Shown one piece after another: positions 45,873 through 53,613 of a stretch of 53,613 nucleotides of DNA. Under the pieces are notes generated by a model. It was not told the origin of the DNA. It made no database searches and was given only the letters and a program-made list of their open reading frames with translations. The DNA lies in NCBI GenBank assembly GCA_038046605.1, contig JBBSVW010000043.1, positions 1-53,613 on the forward strand, in the 5' to 3' direction. The number at the start of each line of letters is the position of its first letter. The first letter of the stretch is position 1. Both the position numbers and the translations under genes were made by a program. This DNA comes from Candidatus Micrarchaeota archaeon. Its GTDB lineage: Archaea; Micrarchaeota; Micrarchaeia; Norongarragalinales; SBBD01.

Positions 45873-47753
45873 ATGATTTTGCTTTTGGCATTTTTGATGG
45901 CCAGCTTTTTTTTAGGCATAGCCATTGCAAAATTTGCGGGAATAAAGGAAGGGTTTGCGCAGGGCGCATTTGCGATTGCATCCGGTTTTGCCATATCCAC
46001 ATTCCTCACATTGGCAATTTCGTGGCTGGCCGGGGACCTTGCATGGATTTCCATTTGCATTTCAATCAGTTTGCTCCTAATCCCGATTTTCATTTTGAAA
46101 AAACAGGGCTTTTTGCCAGGCCCATTTGAATTTGGCGCAGACAACATTGCCGCGCTTGCAATTTTCCTGATTTTGTTCCTGCTAAATATTACATCCGTCC
46201 TTGCATACCAGCAGGATGGGAGGATTGCAACGCCCGAAGCAACCTACGTGGATTACCCATTCCATCTTTCCATAATCACGAATTTCGCCTATGGGGATAA
46301 CTTTCCGCCCACATACCCTATTTTTGCGCGCTCCCCGCTAACCTACCCGTTCATAATGGATTTCCTATCCGCAATTTTCATTGTTGGGGGCCTTGGCCTT
46401 CGGGAAGCGGTTATTTTGGGGAACCTGCTTTTTTCATTTGCCCTTGTTTTTGCATTTGTTGCGCTTGCAAGGAAAATTTCTGGGTCAAAAACGGCTGCGG
46501 CTTTCGCAATCATTCTTCTCCTCCTCAATGGAAACTTCGGGATAATTTACGCCCTGCAGGATGCATTTTCCAGCGGGGATCTGGGCAAATTCATCACGGT
46601 GCCTGCCAAATCATATGCCCACATGCCCCAAATGGAACTTCATTTCATGAGCATCCTCACATTCATTTTCATTGCCGAGCGCGGGGGGCTCATGGGGTTT
46701 GCAATTGCACTATTCTATTACTCCCTATTCTTTGAGATATTGAATTCGAAATTGCGGGCGGATGAGGAAAGGAGGAAAATGGCGCTCGCCGGCCTTTTAC
46801 TGGCATCACTTGTGATGATCTATCCGCATGCGTTCCTGGCGGCGGCAATCATTAGCGCCCTATCCGTCCTTCCAAGCCTGTTAAATGAGCCAAAAAAAAC
46901 AATAGGAAAATGGCTGCCGCTCATTGGCATTGCAACGCTGCTTTCAGTCCCGCAACTTCTTTGGGTATTCCGCAATATTGGCGCGGGCTTTGTTGGCTTC
47001 CAATACGGCTGGATGGATTCCAATAAGGATGCCTCTTTAGCGGACCTTGCCTCGTTTTGGCTAAAAAACATCTGGGTTGCGGGGATTTTGGCAATAATTG
47101 CGCTTTGGAAATATCCGGAGCACAGGAAATGGTTCGCACCATTTGGAGCCCTCTTCATCATCGCCAACCTGATTAAATTCCAGCCGCAGGATTGGGATAC
47201 GATCAAAATCCATTTGCACTGGTTCATGGCAATTTGCATCCTGGGCGGGATTTATCTGGCGAAACTTTGGGGAAAAAGTCGCGCCAGCAAGGCAATTGTG
47301 ACCGTCATTTTGATTGCCGCAACAGGAAGCGCTGCCCTGAATTTGCTTTGGTATGTTAATGACAAACCGACAATTTATGAGGCAAGGGAAATCCAGGTTG
47401 CCTCATGGATTAGGGATAACACGCCGGAGGATGCAGTGTTCATGACCGGAGGGGCGCATAACCACTTGGTTTCAAACCTTGCAGGAAGGCATGTTGTCAT
47501 GGGCTTTGGGGGCCATCTATGGACACAGGGGATCCGGACGGAAAAATACGGAATTAAGGGAGAGGATATAGGCAAATTTTATAGGAATGGCGATTGCAAC
47601 CTTGGAAGAAAGCTAGGGGCGGACTATGTATTTGTCAGCGAAAAGGAGCGGGAGCTAAAACCGGCGGATTTTGATGCAATAGATGGCTTCGAGAGGGTTT
47701 ATTCCGGAAAATTCGGAAATTCGGAATACAAAATTTACAGACTCGCGTGCTGA
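45873..47753 (+). CDS. Polytopic membrane protein, probable GT-C-fold glycosyltransferase (third paralog)
   Basis: DYPFHLSII..F..GDNFPP.YP....LTYPF..D, FWLKN, WIRDNTP.DAVF and LAGR motifs. Confidence 0.72.
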   Translation: MILLLAFLMASFFLGIAIAKFAGIKEGFAQGAFAIASGFAISTFLTLAISWLAGDLAWISICISISLLLIPIFILKKQGFLPGPFEFGADNIAALAIFLILFLLNITSVLAYQQDGRIATPEATYVDYPFHLSIITNFAYGDNFPPTYPIFARSPLTYPFIMDFLSAIFIVGGLGLREAVILGNLLFSFALVFAFVALARKISGSKTAAAFAIILLLLNGNFGIIYALQDAFSSGDLGKFITVPAKSYAHMPQMELHFMSILTFIFIAERGGLMGFAIALFYYSLFFEILNSKLRADEERRKMALAGLLLASLVMIYPHAFLAAAIISALSVLPSLLNEPKKTIGKWLPLIGIATLLSVPQLLWVFRNIGAGFVGFQYGWMDSNKDASLADLASFWLKNIWVAGILAIIALWKYPEHRKWFAPFGALFIIANLIKFQPQDWDTIKIHLHWFMAICILGGIYLAKLWGKSRASKAIVTVILIAATGSAALNLLWYVNDKPTIYEAREIQVASWIRDNTPEDAVFMTGGAHNHLVSNLAGRHVVMGFGGHLWTQGIRTEKYGIKGEDIGKFYRNGDCNLGRKLGADYVFVSEKERELKPADFDAIDGFERVYSGKFGNSEYKIYRLAC

Positions 47754-47832
47754 TTTGAAATGAATTGCAAAATTTTAAAATGCGGATTAAATTAGGGCCC
47801 AACTGGCAATCAAGAAAAATGAAGTTGAAAAA

Positions 47833-48279
47833 TCATTCCGTAACGATCAGCTTTCCCTTCATTGCCTGGTGGCCAGAGCCGCAATAAACCGAACAGCTAA
47901 AGACGAACTCGCCGGCCTTGTCTGGAATGAATTGCACAACCACGGTCTCACCCAAGTTCACGGACTTGGAAACGCCGAATTCGGGAAGCCCAAAACCATG
48001 GTTCCCTTTTGTGCTGGTAATTGTCAGCTTCACTGGAATCCCTTTCTTAACGGCAATAGTGGAAGGGGCCCATTCCCAGTTCTTGGCTTCGAGGCGAAAT
48101 TCCTGCATGGATGGCGTGCCTTGCGGGGTGGAAGTTGCAGGGGCAGACGCCTGAAGGGTTTGAATAGGCGTGGCAGTTTGAGCGCTTTGGGTGGGAGTTG
48201 CACTCGGCTGGGCTGAAGTGCAGCCGAAAAGCAAAATGCCTGAAAACAGCAAAATTGCCAGTACCGAAAAGAGTTTCAT
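47833..48279 (-). CDS. Cupredoxin lipoprotein with CuA-type motif
   Basis: Lipobox LLFGC, S/T/P linker, HGF...CSVYCGSGHQAM. Confidence 0.88.
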   Translation of the reverse strand: MKLFSVLAILLFSGILLFGCTSAQPSATPTQSAQTATPIQTLQASAPATSTPQGTPSMQEFRLEAKNWEWAPSTIAVKKGIPVKLTITSTKGNHGFGLPEFGVSKSVNLGETVVVQFIPDKAGEFVFSCSVYCGSGHQAMKGKLIVTE

Positions 48280-48425
48280 CAGCAGCCACCCCCCTGAATA
48301 GAAGTTTATTTTTGAGAGCGAAGATCACTTATAAATGTTTGCTTATGTGAATTTTTTTCCTGAAATGGCAGGCGGCAGGGATGTTATTATACATTTATTG
48401 CCAAATGTATCTCAGTGGAATACTT

Positions 48426-50231
48426 ATGCTAAGGCAACCAATAGTTTGCGTTCTGGGCCATGTGGACCATGGGAAAACCACTTTGCTAGATGCAATCAGG
48501 GAATCGGCGGTTGCTAGCAAGGAGGCGGGCGGGATCACACAGCATGTCTCCGCATCCGAAGTGCCGCTTTCCGCAATCAAGGAGCTTTGCGGGAATGTGC
48601 TTGAAAGGATGAAAATAAACCTCCAGCTTCCGGGGCTATTATTCATCGATACTCCGGGGCATGAGGCATTTGTGAATTTGAGGAAAAGGGGGGGAAGCAT
48701 TGCGGATATTGCAATTCTTGTTATTGACATAAACCAGGGGATGCAAAACCAGACCCGTGAGGCAATTGAGATATTGCGCGAATACAAAACACCCTTTGTT
48801 GTTGCCGCAACTAAAATTGATGTGCTCATGGGCTGGAAGCCGCAGCATACGACCAGTTTCATTGACGCTTTTGCGCCGCAGCGCAGCGAGGTAAAGGATT
48901 TTTTGGATACAAAACTCTACCAGCTGGTGGGGCAGCTTTCGGAATACGGCTTTTCCGCAGAGCGGTTTGATCGGGTTGAGGATTTCACTAAGCAAATAGC
49001 CATAGTGCCGGTGAGCGCAAAAACTACGGAAGGGATTGCTGAGCTTCTCTTGTTCGTTGGGGGGCTTGCCCAGCGCTTCCTTGAAGCATCCCTGACAAAA
49101 AAAGAGGAGGCGCTTGGGAAGGGTAGCATCCTTGAGGTCAAGGAGGTCAGGGGACTTGGGATGACGCTCGATGTCATTGTTTACGAAGGGACGCTCGTGG
49201 AAGGCAAGCAGATTGTTTTTCTTACCAAGGAGGGGAATGTCATTAAAACACGGATCAAGGGCCTTTTGCGGCCGAATAATTCCGAAGAGGTCAAGGCGAG
49301 CGGCGAGCGCTATAAAAAAGTGCACGAGGTAAGCGCAGCTAGCGGGGTCAAGATCTCCTGCGAGTATGCGCAGGAGGCAGTTGCAGGATCATCGCTCCTG
49401 GAATACGACAAGGAGCGGGAGGCGGAAATTGAAGAGACGCTGATCAAGGAATTTTCAGAAATCAAGATTGAAAACCCGCAAAATGGGGTCATCATTGAGG
49501 CAGACGCACTTGGAAGCCTTGAGGCAATTGTCAGGTTGTTTGCTGCAGCTAAAATCCCAATACGGCATGCGGGAATTGGGAAAGTGGCCAAGAAGGATAT
49601 TTTGGAGGCTTCAAGTGTGGCAAAAGCGGATAAATTCGCTGGAGTCGTGTTCGCGTTCCATAGCATAGTGGAGCCCGATGTTGCCGCAGTTGCAAAAATA
49701 GAGGGGGTAAAAATCTTCGAGGAAAAAATCATCTATAATCTCATAATCAATTACCAGAATTGGAAAACTGAATCCCTAAGCATAGAGAGGAAGGAGGCGT
49801 TTTCCAAATTGACCCTTCCGGCAAAAATTTACCTCATCCCAAACAACTGCTTTAGGGCAAGCAACCCGTGCATTTTCGGGGTAAGGGTTGAGGAGGGGCG
49901 CATTCGCAAGGAAAACCGGCTGATGGATGCCAATGGCGTAAGCATTGGCGAAATCCGGTCAATTCAGGTGGAAAAGGAATCCGTTGATGAGGCAAAGAAG
50001 GGGCAGGAGGTAGCCATAGCAGTAAGCGGGCCGTATTTTGGGCGGCAGATAAATTACAAGCAGATGCTTTACACGGACATGAGGAATGAGGAAATCGAGG
50101 CGGTGGAAAAGAAATACCTCCAAAGCCTAAGCGAGGGCGAGCGGGAGCTTTTGACGGAAATAAAGAAAATCAAGGGCGTCCTGAGCTTTTCTTTTGCAAA
50201 AAAGGAGGGCGTTGGGGATATTGAACAATAA
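48426..50231 (+). CDS. infB: Translation initiation factor aIF5B (IF-2)
   Basis: [33 protein letters not shown] and TKID motifs; no intein. Confidence 0.97.
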   Translation: MLRQPIVCVLGHVDHGKTTLLDAIRESAVASKEAGGITQHVSASEVPLSAIKELCGNVLERMKINLQLPGLLFIDTPGHEAFVNLRKRGGSIADIAILVIDINQGMQNQTREAIEILREYKTPFVVAATKIDVLMGWKPQHTTSFIDAFAPQRSEVKDFLDTKLYQLVGQLSEYGFSAERFDRVEDFTKQIAIVPVSAKTTEGIAELLLFVGGLAQRFLEASLTKKEEALGKGSILEVKEVRGLGMTLDVIVYEGTLVEGKQIVFLTKEGNVIKTRIKGLLRPNNSEEVKASGERYKKVHEVSAASGVKISCEYAQEAVAGSSLLEYDKEREAEIEETLIKEFSEIKIENPQNGVIIEADALGSLEAIVRLFAAAKIPIRHAGIGKVAKKDILEASSVAKADKFAGVVFAFHSIVEPDVAAVAKIEGVKIFEEKIIYNLIINYQNWKTESLSIERKEAFSKLTLPAKIYLIPNNCFRASNPCIFGVRVEEGRIRKENRLMDANGVSIGEIRSIQVEKESVDEAKKGQEVAIAVSGPYFGRQINYKQMLYTDMRNEEIEAVEKKYLQSLSEGERELLTEIKKIKGVLSFSFAKKEGVGDIEQ

Positions 50232-50264
50232 TCAACTATTCGGGATTATTTCCTTAACAGTTCA

Positions 50265-50362
50265 TTAGGAATACTTAAGCGGATCCACCCTATTTACGAA
50301 TTCAACCTTATCAAATTCCCGGTCTGCAGGGATTATCTTTTTGAGCAAACCAACTGAAAACG
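50265..50362 (-). pseudogene. 3' remnant of a second vapC-like gene
   Basis: Minus strand reads ...IIPADREFDKVEFVNRVDPLKYS*, versus LLSADKELDKVDFVRRIDPLDYK* in the adjacent intact gene. Confidence 0.7.
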
Positions 50363-50363
50363 A

Positions 50364-50789
50364 TCATTTGTAATCCAGCGGATCGATCCTTCGCACAAAA
50401 TCGACTTTGTCGAGTTCCTTGTCGGCGGAAAGCAGGAGCTTGACGGAAAAAAGCTCCATGGAGGCGATATGGATGTAATCGGGCCCCGAAATCCTGAAAT
50501 CGTAAGTCGCGGCTTTTTTTATTACCGGAAAACTCAAGTCGATCCAATTGATTGGGAGTGCCAAAACCGCTGCAACATTATCACCCAGGTTTAGCTTTGT
50601 TTTCCCATCCTTTTCCAATATCCTATTGAACTTGACAAGCACATTCAGGAATTCCGACAGCACTTGGATTGACGCAAATGCCTTGATTTTCTTAAGCTCG
50701 ATATCGAATAATATGCGCTTGCAGTCCTTGCCATAAAGCTGATGGTTCTCGGTTGCATAGGCAAGCACGTTGGTGTCCAAATAATACAT
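50364..50789 (-). CDS. vapC: VapC PIN-domain toxin
   Basis: YLDTNV, VLSE, DYIH.A and SADKELD acidic residues. Confidence 0.9.
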   Translation of the reverse strand: MYYLDTNVLAYATENHQLYGKDCKRILFDIELKKIKAFASIQVLSEFLNVLVKFNRILEKDGKTKLNLGDNVAAVLALPINWIDLSFPVIKKAATYDFRISGPDYIHIASMELFSVKLLLSADKELDKVDFVRRIDPLDYK

Positions 50790-51022
50790 CAGAAATCCTC
50801 CCTGATTTCCCTCACAAGCTTGACCGCATCAATATTAAGCCGCATCTGGGAGGTGAGAAATTTGGTGGGGCTTTTCACATGCCGCGCTGGGTTGATAACC
50901 ACCATGCTTTTTGAAATTTCCCAATCCACATCATCTCCCGGCTTTAGCCCGAGATGGCCCCTGATATGCCTTGGAATGGAGGTCTGGTTCTTCCTGGTTA
51001 TGCGCGTGCGCCATGTTTCCAT
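50789..51022 (-). CDS. AbrB/MazE-type antitoxin
   Basis: RITRKNQTSIPRHIR..LGLKPGD.V.W; TGATG coupling to vapC. Confidence 0.88.
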   Translation of the reverse strand: METWRTRITRKNQTSIPRHIRGHLGLKPGDDVDWEISKSMVVINPARHVKSPTKFLTSQMRLNIDAVKLVREIREDF

Positions 51023-51235
51023 GCAATGGTATTACCGGTAATACTTTTTAAGTGTTTTGATTGATGATGAAATGAAGGCATGGAAATCAAAAAACCCAAA
51101 GGGGGGCTTGGACTATCGTTTGCTTAAAATAATCAAGGCGGGAGCCAGGGGGAATTTCTAATTTTGTGTTTAAAGTATTTTTTCCAAACCGCTAAGGTTA
51201 TTAGGCACGTAAGGGAAACATTTAAGGTGGTTTTG

Positions 51236-53311
51236 ATGAATCGCATAGGCTACATTGCAAGTCTTTCCCTGCTTCTTGTTTTCCTGCTTCCACTAATAGC
51301 AAATGCCGAGGATGATAAAACAGGATCGTCCCTGCCAGCGGTTCCCTCATTATTTGCCAACCCGGTTGAATGCAAAACATATTCGGAGGGCAACTGCATG
51401 ATCAAGGCATGCACGGATGGCCAAATTTACAAAAGCTGCTCGGATCCAACTGCAAACCCGACCACCATGGTGAATTGCAAAACCTACATAGAGGGAGATT
51501 GCACATTCAAGGTGTGCACCGATGGCTATTACTCAAAGAGCTGCGATAAGCCCCAGCCTAGGGAATGCAAAACCTACGAAGATGGGAAAAATTGCAAAAT
51601 CACCGTTTGCACCGATGGCTCGCAAAGTGTGACTTGCCCGGATATTCCCCAAACGTGCATCGGCTCGGTGGATGCCAAGACAGGCTGCATAACAACAAGC
51701 TGCCCCAATGGGATGGTAAGCATTTCGTGCCCTGAAGTTACGGTCAAGCCGGATGAATGCACCGTAACAAGGGAGGGCGATTGCCTGATCAAGAAATGTT
51801 CCTCCGGCTATTACAATAAGGTATGCGAAGCTCCGGATAACAAGACCACTGAATGCAAATCATACATGGACGGGAACGGGTGCAAGGTTGTTGCATGCAC
51901 GAATGGCTATAATGAAATCTACTGCGAAAAGCCCCCGGAGTGCAAGCAGGAAATAAAGGATAACGGCTGCATAGTTTCGAGTTGCGGCCCGCTCACTTCG
52001 GAATCGTGCCCCAAGGACCCAGATTCGGTGACGTGCAAGGTCTACGAGGATGGGGATTGCAAGATCAAGGAATGCAGCGATGGCACCATTTCAAAGAGCT
52101 GCGATTTTGACCCCGGCTCCCGCACCTGCAAATCGTACATGGATGAAAAGGGATGCAAGGTGGTTGCATGCACGGATGGCTCTACGGAATATTACTGCGG
52201 CGATGCTTGCTCAAAGTCGGTGGATGAAAAAGGCTGCGTCACCACAATTTGCGGCGATGCGACTTCCTATTCATGCCCAACAAAGCCGGCAATCGATTTG
52301 GTGTGCAAGGAATATGAGCAAAATGGCTGCAAAATCAAGGAATGCTCGGATGGAAGCATTTCCAAGGGCTGCAAAATTGATGATGGCGGAATAAGCGTGC
52401 CGGTTGCCTGCAAGGTTTCAATAGACAAGGAGGGCTGCCAGTTGTCGGAGTGCCCGGGAGGCGCAATTTCAAGGACGTGCTACAATAATTGGTGCGAAAA
52501 CGTGGATTGCAAGGAAGGCTACACGTGCATGGGCGGAGCTTGCGTCCAGAAATGCAAGGAGGTCGTGACAGGCAGCTGCACATACAAATACTGCACGAAT
52601 GGGTATGAGGAAAAAACGTGCCAGGACATGCCGCCGCTGCCGGAGGATCCGGAGTGCAAAACCTACGAGGATGAGGGCGGCTGCAAAATCAAGGTATGCT
52701 CGGATGGGACAACCGATAAATCCTGCCCCAAGGAGGAGGATAACTGCAAGGTGTTCAAGGATGATTCGGGCTGCAAAGTGAAGGTTTGTGAGGATGGCAG
52801 GAAGAAATACTATTGCGAAGGCGGGAACGTATTGGTCGAGCCTGCTGTTGCCGTGCTTAAAATTGGCGAGGGAAAGCAACGGGCGGAAGTGGACATCGAA
52901 AAGACCGACTACCAGACAATGGTCACGGTAAACAACAAGAATTTTGAAATCACCATCCGGAAGGTTCCCGGAAGCCCCGCAATCGTGCTCAAGACGCCTA
53001 ATGCGCAGGCGACCACGACCGAGGAGGTGAAAGTCCAGGAAAGCAAGCTGCTTGTCAAGAATAAGGAAGTTGGCGTATCCCCGGAGGAGGCTGATGAAAA
53101 GTTCAAATCCGCCTTCAAAGTGAGCACACCTACTGCCGGGATTAGGCTCATCGACGAGGGCGGCGTTTTGAAATACGTAGGCTCCGGAAAGAAGAAGGGC
53201 AACTTGCTGTTCTTCATCCCGGTTGAATACGAGATCAGGGCGGAGGTGGATGCCTCGAATGGCAACGTCAGGACAAGCGGAGAGCCGTTCTATGCGTTCA
53301 TGGTCTCCTAG
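51236..53311 (+). CDS. Secreted cysteine-rich repeat protein (~691 aa)
   Basis: Signal peptide; 15 four-Cys repeats; C-terminal domain ending LLFFIPV...EVDASNG...PFYAFMVS; AAGGTGG SD. Confidence 0.88.
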   Translation: MNRIGYIASLSLLLVFLLPLIANAEDDKTGSSLPAVPSLFANPVECKTYSEGNCMIKACTDGQIYKSCSDPTANPTTMVNCKTYIEGDCTFKVCTDGYYSKSCDKPQPRECKTYEDGKNCKITVCTDGSQSVTCPDIPQTCIGSVDAKTGCITTSCPNGMVSISCPEVTVKPDECTVTREGDCLIKKCSSGYYNKVCEAPDNKTTECKSYMDGNGCKVVACTNGYNEIYCEKPPECKQEIKDNGCIVSSCGPLTSESCPKDPDSVTCKVYEDGDCKIKECSDGTISKSCDFDPGSRTCKSYMDEKGCKVVACTDGSTEYYCGDACSKSVDEKGCVTTICGDATSYSCPTKPAIDLVCKEYEQNGCKIKECSDGSISKGCKIDDGGISVPVACKVSIDKEGCQLSECPGGAISRTCYNNWCENVDCKEGYTCMGGACVQKCKEVVTGSCTYKYCTNGYEEKTCQDMPPLPEDPECKTYEDEGGCKIKVCSDGTTDKSCPKEEDNCKVFKDDSGCKVKVCEDGRKKYYCEGGNVLVEPAVAVLKIGEGKQRAEVDIEKTDYQTMVTVNNKNFEITIRKVPGSPAIVLKTPNAQATTTEEVKVQESKLLVKNKEVGVSPEEADEKFKSAFKVSTPTAGIRLIDEGGVLKYVGSGKKKGNLLFFIPVEYEIRAEVDASNGNVRTSGEPFYAFMVS

Positions 53312-53461
53312 GGGACCCACTTTCCTTTTTTTATTTCAGAACCGGCAATTTTTCCAAAAAGGAGGGTTTGGAAACAATAAAGGTAAACTTTTTACCCCAC
53401 TAATACAACCATTACCTACTGCGCAAAACCATAATCAATTTACGAGGGGGGTTTGGGCATT

Positions 53462-53502
53462 TGACCAAACTAAGGGGGGATCAGCCCCCCTTGGGTTGGT
53501 CA
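53462..53502. other. Strong intergenic hairpin
   Basis: TGACCAAACTAAGGGGGG-ATCAG-CCCCCCTTGGGTTGGTCA. Confidence 0.5.
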
Positions 53503-53613
53503 TTAAGTTAAGCTTTTTAACCCATCCTGATTAATCCTAAAATACCCAACTTGAGTGAAAACAAAAGATGCCGTTCCGCAAATTCCTAAGGTGGCTTTCA
53601 GGCCTATTTGGAA

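Noticed and set aside
52469-53320. 283-aa minus-strand ORF and similar long antisense ORFs over purB, infB and the ATPases
   Set aside because: Shadow frames of well-supported genes on the opposite strand.
53351-53383. ORB origin box (TTGGAAACAATAAAGG)
   Set aside because: Partial single match, and no cdc6/orc1 gene is visible in the window.

Overview
Archaeal chromosome segment, most consistent with a DPANN lineage such as Micrarchaeota (inferred from gene content, not from a search). It opens in domain V of a 23S rRNA gene interrupted three times in the peptidyl-transferase region. A 731-nt bulge-helix-bulge (BHB) intron sits in the P-loop and carries a LAGLIDADG endonuclease on the antisense strand behind its own TATA-like box. 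A 107-nt BHB intron lies immediately before A2451, and a 197-nt structured insert lies in helix 89, leaving A2451 on a 27-nt micro-exon. The exons also deviate at several near-universal PTC positions. Housekeeping genes (rpl24e, rps28e, rpl7ae, nac, rtcA, tpiA, Brix, mscS, purB, infB) are mixed with GT2/GT-C glycosylation genes, a type IV pilus/Tad cluster, orphans and large repeat-rich surface proteins. An intron-containing tRNA-Leu(CAA) anchors two tandem, integrase-free segments delimited by copies of the tRNA 3' end. These are followed by toxin-antitoxin pairs and an intact IS with a 9-bp target duplication. A ~74-bp structured non-coding element occurs twice, with one covarying base pair. 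E. coli rRNA numbering was aligned by eye and should be confirmed.
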